Part shown: piece after piece, positions 42,601 through 49,899 of the stretch
Numbering within the stretch: position 1 is the stretch's first letter
How the letters are laid out: every line of letters begins with the position of its first letter
Notes under the pieces: model-generated
Database searches by the model: none
The model's input: the letters and a program-made list of their open reading frames with translations, nothing else
What the model was told of the DNA's origin: nothing
Program-made: the position numbers and the translations under genes
Virus record (IMG/VR): IMGVR_UViG_3300037963_003681
Span: 1 to 61,141 of that record
Length of the DNA stretch: 61,141 nt
Source of the DNA: a virus
Taxonomy: Duplodnaviria; Caudoviricetes
Direction: 5' to 3' (one strand)

Positions 42601-43712
42601 ACAAACGCCAGACCGCCTGGCTTCAAAACTATCGTATTATCAAGGAAATTAATGAGCGTATCTGTATCATCATTATGATAAATGTGTTGATCAACACCAA
42701 TTTTACTAAAAATTCCAGTACCAGTTATATCTATGTTGCCAACACCTGTAATGTTTTGAGAATTAATATCTAAATTACCGCCAAGCTGAGGAGTAGTATC
42801 ATCTACAATATCTCCTCCACCTCTAAACTCACCAGCATCTACCTTTTTAAGTTGTGAATCTGTAGCATCCCAAATTAATAAATAATCTGAATCTGCACTA
42901 GTTACTTCCACTCTACTGTTAATTAAATCAGGATTTACATTAAATTCTGTACTTTCTAATGATAGTCCTGTTCCTGCTGTATATTCTGTATTAGTATCTG
43001 TAACAGTTTCTGTAGCTGCAGTTATACCTATTACGTGACCATTACTATCTAATAAAATATCTTGGATATAAGTTCTACCACTATTATCAGAAGAAGAAGC
43101 AGCTGATGCTATAGTAGGATGAGAAGTTAAGTAATTTTGCAGATCTACTATCTGGGATTCAGTTATTCGTAAAGCACCTGTATGTTGAACTACTGAACTT
43201 TCGGTGATGTTAGTATCTGGTACATTAGCCCATGTAACTGCTGAAGATAAATCGTTTGTTTCGGTAAATGATGTTAAATAATTTTGTAAATCTACTATTT
43301 GAGATTCTGTAAGTCTTAATGCTCCACTATGTTGAATAACAGAGCTTTCCGTAATATTAGCATCTGGTACATTAACCCAAGTGACAGATGAAGATAGATC
43401 ATTAGTTTCTGTAACAGCACCGGATTCTGTAGCTGTAGTAATACCTATAACATGTCCATTATTATCAAGCAAAATATCTTGTATATATGTACGACCACTA
43501 TTATTTGATGAACTAGCTGCTGATATATTAGGGTGAGATTGTAAATAATCTAGTCCACTACCTATAGGATTTAAGCCACTCCATGCTGTAGTTCCATCTC
43601 CTATTTTTAATATATTATTAGTAGTATCAAACCCTGGTTCACCTTGTGATAATACAGGATTACTACTCCAATCCGTCCCTCTTCTTAATTTAATTGTATT
43701 ATTAACTGGCAT
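36693..43712 (-). CDS. Long repetitive fibre protein (2339 aa)
   Basis: N-terminal Mtd_N-like (IKLRRG..WSSNPVLSQGEPGFDTTNNILKIGDG); four (E/D)DTTPQLGGNLD modules; several G(N/K)VGIGT..P...LDV shaft repeats; KLDGIEA.ADVTD repeat array. Confidence 0.88.
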   Translation of the reverse strand: MPVNNTIKLRRGTDWSSNPVLSQGEPGFDTTNNILKIGDGTTAWSGLNPIGSGLDYLQSHPNISAASSSNNSGRTYIQDILLDNNGHVIGITTATESGAVTETNDLSSSVTWVNVPDANITESSVIQHSGALRLTESQIVDLQNYLTSFTETNDLSSAVTWANVPDTNITESSVVQHTGALRITESQIVDLQNYLTSHPTIASAASSSDNSGRTYIQDILLDSNGHVIGITAATETVTDTNTEYTAGTGLSLESTEFNVNPDLINSRVEVTSADSDYLLIWDATDSQLKKVDAGEFRGGGDIVDDTTPQLGGNLDINSQNITGVGNIDITGTGIFSKIGVDQHIYHNDDTDTLINFLDNTIVLKPGGLAFVTAEKRGSAPHEVTINDGANNIDFVVKGNGSNQGNPGIKFDASTNKLGINGVGEPSWELDVAGDIGLGEYIYHRTDTDTYIRFQDNDVRISTAGSERVTVDPNGNVGIGTGTPAHTLDVVGIGRFTHTPTGLGLAIVNSSGQGLHLGEIVYNSYGSSYDDDLYTGLTHTKLDGSQEYMLLSKGDHTFMSAKDGSSVIIRGGNNNQTYQLLVNNFMFGVGQHNEKMKFDSTKVAFNLNNENLDFAVHGTSNNLIYADASTDSIGIGTDNPGNNKVRIQHNTARYNSENTAHIKIQNSGATIGGLIGADATDDVFYIQAVEPGSSWGKDIALQAMGGKVGVGTVNPAPAGGDTSIHIAATNYPELKLTNDTTGHGALSGTAIQVVSNSFVVTNRQKSSSITFNAFDSVGVSKERLNLSPAVSVFNEDGENVDFRIEGNSDQNLFYADASTDRIGLGTSSPDYTLDVVGHVQAQGSFARFLSRDLPVVTKLQSSSSDLAGLIGTESAHDLYLTTDNTTRMVITSGDGNVGIATTDPVRKLHVVGDVEISGTIFQSGSVFQGGGGGGGISNVVEDTTPQLGGNLDLNSNNITGAGDIDIIGDIQNSGEFKTAFETAANYFGVSASSSVKRLFSPNSDIRIVGGGTQDTRNNIQITNLNGIKIEGGSTTATDITINTRHVDANIVVPTGNLGLGTTSPARKLHVVGDIEISGTIFQSGSVFEGGGGGGGISNIVEDTTPQLGGNLDVNGKDIIGSGDISTTGHIILQETMPNHCGIQIKSSGDVDGGLHIGSCSDANGITNAMGLRHSSMDGSNDFMICANTDGATFVSAKDSKTLTLTAGGNNSSTKLELRDTSLGFRFNVNKANVDLQYNGDNENNVFYIDASADSIGVGTDSPQTRLDVSGVITASGFKTQHGTSSQFLKADGSVDTNTYSTTDTQLTEEQVEDFVGGMVTGNTETGITVTYDDSDGTLDFVVASQTDENFTTADHSKLDGIEAGADVTDTANVTSAGALMDSELTDLAGVKGVTISTLQVKPSEGAFADGDKTKLDAIEASADVTDATNVDAAGAVMNTDTSTASMSFVVDEDNMSSDSDTKVPTQQSVKAYIDSAGYLTAHPNISAASSSDNSGNTFIQDITLDSNGHVTALTTATASAGGGGGIGNVVEDTTPQLGGNLDLNSKDITGTGDIDVTGSGHFSGKVEADSFVKDGGTSSQFLKADGSVDTNTYSTTDTQLTEEQVEDFVGGMLTGNTETGITVTYQDADGTIDFVVASQTDENFTTADHSKLDGIEANADVTDTANVTSAGALMDSEVTNLSQVKAFDSSDYATAAQGTKADSAQQPPSEGAFANGDKTKLDGIETGATADQTDEEIQDIVGAMLSSNTETGITVTYQDADGTIDFVVASQTDENFTTADHSKLDGIEASADVTDTANVTSAGALMDSELASIADVKALDQSVVAGASPNFVTTNMTDASDKRFMTDAQETKLDSVESSADVTDTANVTAAGALMDSELTDLAGVKGVTISTLQSKPSEGAFADGDKTKLDGIEANATADQTDEEIQDIVGAMLSGNTETGITVTYQDADGTIDFVVASQTDENFTTADHSKLDGIEASADVTDTANVTAAGALMDSELTDLAGVKGVTISTLQVKPSEGAFANGDKTKLDGIEASADVTDATNVNAAGAVMNTDTSTSSMDFVIDEDNMSSNSATKVPTQQSVKAYVDANAGGGGGGGSMTTVKANGSQVGGADIVTLDFASNFAITETPDTEVNIDLSSSINTQGITATTGLIVGVSGLHHQSGTIVHSTEAAWGDFPGNAQNSINLLTGRTTNATFTSLEMNNGMYSGVKLPSNKTFMADVNIVGRRTNTGATAGGRQHAAYQIKACIVNDAFGTALVGSASKTVIAESNSAWDVQLAFAGAQSGQTDYLLVQCKGAASTNVNWVAKVDLLEVGGLNETSAYREANILSNMSPEIIP
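37450..39880 (-). repeat. Intragenic mosaic repeat array in the 2339-aa fibre
   Basis: Recurrent blocks GNTETGITVTYQDADGTIDFVVASQTDENFTTADHSKLDGIEA, ADVTDTANVTSAGALMDSE, PSEGAFA(D/N)GDKTKLD and DEDNMSS.S.TKVPTQQSVKAY, with synonymous DNA divergence between copies. Confidence 0.9.
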
Positions 43713-43734
43713 GATATTATCCTATATTATATAA

Positions 43735-44025
43735 CTACGGAGAACCACCATCAATTATAGTATGGTAAAGATATAACGGACTACTCATTCCACTACCAGC
43801 AATACTAGCCATTCCACTGAGTGTAATAGGCATATTATTAGCTATATAAGTACTCAATCCAACTACATCAGTAGCATAACTAATAGTAGAAGAAAATCCT
43901 GTTTGGATTTCAATAGTGTTTACAACTGTACTAGTTACTTCTAGATTTTCAGTATTATCTTCTGTAGAAGTTTCAATCTCTAATGTAGTAGTTACATCTG
44001 AAATTTCTAAAGTAAAATCGCTCAT
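43735..44025 (-). CDS. Small acidic virion-associated protein (96 aa)
   Basis: Repeated LEI(S/E)T motifs; ends IIDGGSP; abuts the upstream gene. Confidence 0.65.
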   Translation of the reverse strand: MSDFTLEISDVTTTLEIETSTEDNTENLEVTSTVVNTIEIQTGFSSTISYATDVVGLSTYIANNMPITLSGMASIAGSGMSSPLYLYHTIIDGGSP

Positions 44026-44429
44026 TAGGTATTACACTCCAAGGCTGTACTAGATTTACTATAACGTTTCTGTATAGTTACAGTACCATACAGTAGTCTA
44101 GTAACAAATTTACCACCTTGGCTGTAATGATCTTCATCGGACTGTAACTCTAGGTCATATTTAGCTGTATTAAAATCAAATCCATTAGTAGTACCAGCAG
44201 GAAATAATAAATTAATTTTACCTGAAGATCCTTCGATATTAAAATCATAAGAAGTTTTATTAGCATTATCACTATCAAAAGTTTGTGTGACATTTGCACT
44301 GGTTTTCCAAGTAAGCCTAGCACACCAACCTGTTAAATCAATGACAGTACCAGCACTGTCCTTATAAATTAAAGACATTTTGAACGATGAGCCTTGCTCA
44401 ATGTCAAAATTGTATAGACTTGCTCCCAT
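44025..44429 (-). CDS. Small fibre-attachment (BppU-N-like) protein, 134 aa, paralog of 35335..35763
   Basis: YNFDIEQGSSF...VIDLTGWCARLTWK...YDLELQ...RLLYGTV. Confidence 0.65.
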   Translation of the reverse strand: MGASLYNFDIEQGSSFKMSLIYKDSAGTVIDLTGWCARLTWKTSANVTQTFDSDNANKTSYDFNIEGSSGKINLLFPAGTTNGFDFNTAKYDLELQSDEDHYSQGGKFVTRLLYGTVTIQKRYSKSSTALECNT

Positions 44430-44480
44430 AATAATTTACCTTGTATAGAGTAGTATATTAGTTAGATACACCCGAGACAT

Positions 44481-44512
44481 AAAAAAAGCCACCCATTTGG
44501 TGGGCGGCTTTT
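44481..44512 (-). terminator. Rho-independent terminator after major capsid gene
   Basis: Minus strand AAAA-GCCGCCCA-CCAAA-TGGGTGGC-TTTTTTT. Confidence 0.88.
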
Positions 44513-44535
44513 CCTATTACATCTATAAAGATAGA

Positions 44536-45549
44536 TTATAGAGAACCAAGAAGTACTCGTCTGTTATCAAGAACAGCAAAGCCTTGCTCAGCCCAACCGT
44601 AGAAACCAGCTCTCTTCTGACGATGAAGGGTATCGTCTTCGTAGATCTGTACTCCTTCACGGACAGGCATGATAAAGCTGTCTCTCTTGCGAAGATCAAG
44701 ACCAACAACAATTTCAGTGTTGTGACCAGATGGCATTCCAGCACCGAGAGTGGTAGCATAGAAGTTCTGGTATTCTTGGCTTGCACCAAGTTCGTCTAGA
44801 TCATGCAAGTTGACACCGAAGATTCTATTTACGCTACCATCAGCAGCGGTATAGATCTCACGACGAGTAACTTCATCAACCTGATCAACACCCCAGTTAC
44901 GAATGTCTTCCATAGCTTCTGGAGAGACATACAAATCGGTAAGAGCACCTCTGTTGTTGCTAGCAGAGTTACCACCACCGTTACGACGCATGACAGTTTT
45001 AAGAAGAGAAACAAGTCTCTTGCTAAACTGACCAGCTGTTGCGTCACTATCATAAACAACGATATTACGGTCAACACCAGCTGCGAGAATGGTGTGCCAT
45101 CCATCGTCATTCATCTTCTTGACAAAAGAAGCTTCGAGAACTTCCATTGCACGACCGACTACGTCCCAACGAGCGTCACGAGCATACTTTAAGAGATAGT
45201 CGATGCTTGCACCGATATCAAAAGTAGGAACCATGACGTAATCGCCTTCGACGTGACGTTCTGGAATATAGCCATGATTAGGAACAGTATAGGCAACAAA
45301 GTCCTTTTCTGTACCTGGGGCTAAGAAATCAAGTGGGAATTCTGGAGTAGCACTCTGTGCCAACTGAATTGGCTCAAAGATACCATCGAGAATGTTTCCA
45401 CTAAGAACACCTTGACGGAGTGGCTGCTCAAGGGCTTTTGCAAATTCTGCATTAGCTGCAAGAGAAGTCTCTCTGTGCTGCGAACCAGATTTGACCAAAA
45501 GATCAGTCAATTCTGGAGTAGGTTGAAATGCTTTAGTTTCTGCTGACAT
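44536..45549 (-). CDS. Major capsid protein (HK97 fold), about 337 aa
   Basis: Likely start MSAETKAF at 45549 with AAGGAG RBS; follows protease and decoration genes; ends GFYGWAEQGFAVLDNRRVLLG; followed by a strong terminator. Confidence 0.85.
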   Translation of the reverse strand: MSAETKAFQPTPELTDLLVKSGSQHRETSLAANAEFAKALEQPLRQGVLSGNILDGIFEPIQLAQSATPEFPLDFLAPGTEKDFVAYTVPNHGYIPERHVEGDYVMVPTFDIGASIDYLLKYARDARWDVVGRAMEVLEASFVKKMNDDGWHTILAAGVDRNIVVYDSDATAGQFSKRLVSLLKTVMRRNGGGNSASNNRGALTDLYVSPEAMEDIRNWGVDQVDEVTRREIYTAADGSVNRIFGVNLHDLDELGASQEYQNFYATTLGAGMPSGHNTEIVVGLDLRKRDSFIMPVREGVQIYEDDTLHRQKRAGFYGWAEQGFAVLDNRRVLLGSL

Positions 45550-45571
45550 GTTAGTTTTCTCCTTTTTAAAG

Positions 45572-46024
45572 TTAGGCAATGTTAATAGCGACCTTGGCGA
45601 ACCCGTCTGAATCTTTGCTACTCAAAAATGTACCGACTCTGGCTCCGCCGCCAGAAGTCGAAATATTACCATTGTTATGAACAAACGCACCTGAACCTGC
45701 AGATGGAACTGCACCAGTATCAAGATTGCTTGTGGTAATCTGTCCAACTTGGAGCAAAGTAACTTTGCCACCCTTCTGAACTTCATCTTTATGATAATTG
45801 ATATGCTGTCTTGTAAGATCAAGATCAACAATATCGTTAAGAAGAATACCAACAGGATTAGCACTTGCTAAAGCCGATGTATATTCAACAACTGCACTGG
45901 AATCATCCATAGAAACACCTGATCCAGCTGTCTTAACAGAAGCTACACCACCACGAGTGGCAGTCGCGTCTGAGAAGAAAGATACATCAGTCTGAGTTTC
46001 GATACGATCTGGTTTAAGAGCCAT
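45572..46024 (-). CDS. Capsid decoration/cement protein, putative (150 aa)
   Basis: Small Gly/Ala/Ser-rich protein between scaffold and MCP; GGAG RBS. Confidence 0.6.
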   Translation of the reverse strand: MALKPDRIETQTDVSFFSDATATRGGVASVKTAGSGVSMDDSSAVVEYTSALASANPVGILLNDIVDLDLTRQHINYHKDEVQKGGKVTLLQVGQITTSNLDTGAVPSAGSGAFVHNNGNISTSGGGARVGTFLSSKDSDGFAKVAINIA

Positions 46025-46037
46025 GTTTTATCTCCCT

Positions 46038-47666
46038 TTATTTTGAGGTGTTACCGAGTCTAGCACTTACAAATTCTACAAGTTCTGCGCGAACACTAGC
46101 TTCTGCTGATTCTGTTTCTGATGCGTCACTTCCAACGCTCAGATCAACGGTTTCGTCAGCTTCAACTTCTTCTAAAGCTGATTCAGCTTCTTCAAGTTCG
46201 TCTGATTCTGAAGCCTTTTCTTTCTCTTCTTTCTTCTTTTCTAAAGCTTCTTTAAGAGCTGGTGGCATCTTTGCCTCAGCATCTTCTTCAGCCTGTGCAG
46301 GCTTCATAGTAGCCAGAAGTGAAGTCATAGATTCAAATGCTTCGTCATCAAGACTTTCAAATTTCTCAACAGCAGCGGAAGCAGCGTCGTCATCGAGACC
46401 CGCTTCAACCAAATTGGCTTTTCTCTTCATAAGCATATCTTTTCTGGCCTGTTCTTCTTCCTTCATCTTGTAACCAGCGATAACTTCGTTGGCTTCTTCA
46501 AGAGAGGTTTGAGCGGCCTTAAGAGCTTCTTCGAGTTCTGCTTTGCTTGCTAATATTTCTTCAAGCTCAGCTTTTGATTTGTCTTCTTTGTTTTTCATCT
46601 CAGCCATTAATTCTTTCTTGGATTTAACTTCTTCTTCCATCTTCATGGCAAGAGTTTCTAACTCCTCAGACTTGGCTTCGAGCATTTCTTCTTTTTCTTT
46701 CATAGCTGCCTCTAGGGTTTGGTTGGTTTTCTCTAGTTCAGAAGCTAACGTTTTTGCTTCCTCTGTTTGGTCACAACTAGCTGCAACAGTGTCTAACTTA
46801 TCACTAATTTCTGCAACTTGTTTTTCGATATTTTCACTCATAATGATATTCTCCGTGTCTTCGCTAGTTATGGGCTTATTATGTACTACACCTGAATTTG
46901 ATAAATTGTCATTTTTTTTATCCAATAAATCCTCAATTAATTGTCTTTGAAATATTATACTATCCGGATTAGCTGGTTTGTCAACAAAACCTTTACCACT
47001 AAATGTAATATTTCTTAAAACTCTACCAATTTTATAATCTTCTTGTTCACCTCGTCCTCCGTAAGCTCTAAGATATTTTGATAAGTAGGCTGTCTCTTCG
47101 TTACGAGCTAAAACTTTATATTCACCTGTAATTTTATTTGTTAAGCCGTAATCAAAACCTTTGAAATAACACTCCATACTAACGTATTTTGTGCCATTTT
47201 CAATCTCAGCAATCAATCTTTCTGCTCTTTCTTTGAGTTCTGGTGTGCTATAGGCTCTGTAAATAACAGATCCTGTAACAATATGAAATTTTTCTGGTAG
47301 ATCATCCAAGCTGGTTTCATCAGCAATAGTTTTACCTTCTAAATCAATTGGCCAATTTGATGTGATATGACCAATAATTGTATTTTCATCATGTTCTAAA
47401 TTAGTAGGCTTATCTTCTGGGGTCGCTCTTGCTGCCCAAACTTCTGCCTTATCAAATACATCGTCATTTCTGTTCCATGACGAACTTACTAAAATAGACT
47501 GTACATAATATAAATCCGCGTCACTAATGGATGCAGCTACTTTAGTTTTTAATTGTTTATTTTGTGTAATATCACATGGTTCTACAATTGAAGCATATGT
47601 AATGCTATTAGAGGCAGATATTTTACCTGCTAAACCATCATCGCTTTCTTGAGGATATATGATCAT
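46038..47666 (-). CDS. Prohead protease-scaffold fusion (542 aa)
   Basis: N-terminal NRNDDVF...NLEHD...IIGHI...VSMEC...FSGKGFVDKPAN protease-like domain; C-terminal E/K/A-rich coiled coil. Confidence 0.78.
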   Translation of the reverse strand: MIIYPQESDDGLAGKISASNSITYASIVEPCDITQNKQLKTKVAASISDADLYYVQSILVSSSWNRNDDVFDKAEVWAARATPEDKPTNLEHDENTIIGHITSNWPIDLEGKTIADETSLDDLPEKFHIVTGSVIYRAYSTPELKERAERLIAEIENGTKYVSMECYFKGFDYGLTNKITGEYKVLARNEETAYLSKYLRAYGGRGEQEDYKIGRVLRNITFSGKGFVDKPANPDSIIFQRQLIEDLLDKKNDNLSNSGVVHNKPITSEDTENIIMSENIEKQVAEISDKLDTVAASCDQTEEAKTLASELEKTNQTLEAAMKEKEEMLEAKSEELETLAMKMEEEVKSKKELMAEMKNKEDKSKAELEEILASKAELEEALKAAQTSLEEANEVIAGYKMKEEEQARKDMLMKRKANLVEAGLDDDAASAAVEKFESLDDEAFESMTSLLATMKPAQAEEDAEAKMPPALKEALEKKKEEKEKASESDELEEAESALEEVEADETVDLSVGSDASETESAEASVRAELVEFVSARLGNTSK

Positions 47667-49843
47667 TTAGTTATACCTTTATCGTTCAAAGTGCAATAAA
47701 AACTAGATTTAGCCTGCTTTTGATCATCAACAGACAAATCTCTATTTAATTGTGAAGCCAACTGTCTTAACCATACACTATAAGCGGTCAACTGTGTATA
47801 ATTTAAGTCGTTTAATTTTTCTGTAATAGTTTCGGAATTTATTATGCAGAATGGTTTGATATTGAAAAGAATACTACTCTTGACGTTTTCGAGTTCTTTA
47901 AGTTGATCATTAGATAAACTTCTGAGATTATTTTTTCCAAAGAAATCAAGTAATATTGGATTGATAATTTCGCTTATCTTTCCCTGAGCTTCGGTAGCCC
48001 ATAGCTGCAATGATGCTCCTGTCTGGGGCGAGAACGTTCGTTCTTTTCGTTTCTCTGTATCTTTTGATAATTTGGGTCGTCCTTGCTGCGGTTCTCCAGG
48101 CAAAGATTCTGGCGAATCTTTTGCCAACTTTGTTGGTTTTGGCTTTTGCCGCATTTCGAGTGAACTTTTCTCTCCTTCTTTCTTAGGATCAAGTTCCAAT
48201 CCAACTTCGCTCGGGGAAGCAACTCCGCTTTGTAAAGCGATTTTCTTAAGAGCGTTTTCGGGTTCGGGATCATGATATGGACTAGCTTTACCAACCATTC
48301 TATCCTTCTTTCTGTCTCTATCTTCTCTGTTTAGTCTAGTCTTCTCCATTTCTGGATCAAAACCGAATCTTGTCTGCAATAGCTCATCAGAAACAATATT
48401 TCTATCTGCTAATTGAATTAATAAAGCTTTTTCAGATTCTTCGTTTGATAAATCCATTCGATCAAATTCTACCTTAGCAGGTGCTCTGAAGCCCATAGCT
48501 TTCTGTACTAATCCTATCTCTCTTTCCCAAAATTCTGTCAACATATCTCTACCATATTGTAATCTTTGTGTCAAAGTTTTGAGACTGATAAAGTTATTAG
48601 TAGTACCAGCAGCCCCGTAGGTTCCAGTAAGAGTAGGAGGAATTCCTAAGCCAGCATATACTGAATTTAAGTGTGGCGTATATTTTGCCTCTCCTAAAAA
48701 TTGATGTACATTAGTTCTTGACTCTAGTAATTCGATATCTGGACCCCAAACCAAATCCATTGTACCTCCACCAACATTATTACCAAGTATATTAGCGAGC
48801 TTTGCTGCTGCTGCTTTTGTTGGAGCAATTTTGTGCTCTAGGCTACCTAGCTTGAATATTCTAATATTAGAAATAGCACCATCTAATGCTGCCATATCTG
48901 CTAACTTCAATTTTTCAATTACAGTAATATCATCCATAATAGAATAGATCATAGGGAAAGCCCATCTTTGCCAATCATCCTTCTTATAATGATAAACCAT
49001 GGTTTTTTGTGGATCTAATGGATATGCTTTTCTAGTAGCCGCTGCTTCTAAAATAGCGTCAGGTAATTGAGCTATTACATCTTTTTCTGCTTGATTTTTG
49101 GGAGCGTTAATTAATTTACGTAAAGTAGCAGGTATGGTTAATTCATATCTTTTATCACTTACAAACGAAGCTAAAGAACCCGCACATACTTCTACATAAA
49201 CAGGATCTATAAAAGTATATCTCCAAGGAATCTCTCTTTTTTCTACTTGCACACTCTCTAGATCGGTAATAATTAAATCTGGAGAAGCAACACTTTTGTA
49301 TAACTTATCTGCAACTTTTAAACTTAGTTTACCTGTTTGTCTATTGATTACAACATTACCACTCTTGTAAAGATTATTTAGAAATCTTTCACTTCTTTCT
49401 TTACCTTTACATTTTTTAAACCACCTTCTGTAGAATCTCTCAATACGTTTATTTTTATGAACTAATCTAATACCCTGTGCGCCAAAATCCCCCATTAAAT
49501 CAACCACGTTTTTAACGAGGCCAACTCTTTGATAAATATCCTCTGCCCTTTTCATTACTCCTTTAATTTTACGTGGAACTGCTTCGTCTGGTCTGAAGAA
49601 ATCATAGTCAGTTCGGGTTAATCCTGGTTTACCCGATGTATTAGTAGATAGGTTAGAATAATCTAATCCGTGTCTACGCATAGCTGTAGTATGATCTATA
49701 CCAACGTACTCTTCCATAGATTCTGAAGATTTGGTTAAAGCTTCTTTTTTAGAAGCTAAATCATCTCCCCATGCTACGTAAGCCTCTTCTCCTACTAAAG
49801 ATTGGTCCTGTATGGCGTCACTTTTAGGGTATTTTTTTGTCAT
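47663..49843 (-). CDS. Portal protein (726 aa)
   Basis: Between TerL and protease; YQRVGLVKNVVDLMGDFG, YHYKKDDWQRWAFP, VYAGLGIPPTL. Confidence 0.82.
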   Translation of the reverse strand: MTKKYPKSDAIQDQSLVGEEAYVAWGDDLASKKEALTKSSESMEEYVGIDHTTAMRRHGLDYSNLSTNTSGKPGLTRTDYDFFRPDEAVPRKIKGVMKRAEDIYQRVGLVKNVVDLMGDFGAQGIRLVHKNKRIERFYRRWFKKCKGKERSERFLNNLYKSGNVVINRQTGKLSLKVADKLYKSVASPDLIITDLESVQVEKREIPWRYTFIDPVYVEVCAGSLASFVSDKRYELTIPATLRKLINAPKNQAEKDVIAQLPDAILEAAATRKAYPLDPQKTMVYHYKKDDWQRWAFPMIYSIMDDITVIEKLKLADMAALDGAISNIRIFKLGSLEHKIAPTKAAAAKLANILGNNVGGGTMDLVWGPDIELLESRTNVHQFLGEAKYTPHLNSVYAGLGIPPTLTGTYGAAGTTNNFISLKTLTQRLQYGRDMLTEFWEREIGLVQKAMGFRAPAKVEFDRMDLSNEESEKALLIQLADRNIVSDELLQTRFGFDPEMEKTRLNREDRDRKKDRMVGKASPYHDPEPENALKKIALQSGVASPSEVGLELDPKKEGEKSSLEMRQKPKPTKLAKDSPESLPGEPQQGRPKLSKDTEKRKERTFSPQTGASLQLWATEAQGKISEIINPILLDFFGKNNLRSLSNDQLKELENVKSSILFNIKPFCIINSETITEKLNDLNYTQLTAYSVWLRQLASQLNRDLSVDDQKQAKSSFYCTLNDKGITK

Positions 49844-49890
49844 AGTTTACCGTTTCAATTGTAATAGTATTGCAATTCCATTAACTTATT

Positions 49891-49896
49891 ATACAC
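49891..49896 (-). promoter_or_regulatory. GTGTAT putative late-promoter element upstream of portal (also at 36358, 44466, 55263)
   Basis: The same hexamer occurs in four short intergenic gaps, 37-53 nt upstream of start codons, each followed by an AT-rich stretch. Confidence 0.55.
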
Positions 49897-49899
49897 TTT

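Noticed and set aside
36693-43712. Diversity-generating retroelement suggested by Mtd_N-like domains and repeats
   Set aside because: There is no reverse transcriptase in the window. Repeat differences look synonymous rather than adenine-specific, and no non-coding template repeat was seen.
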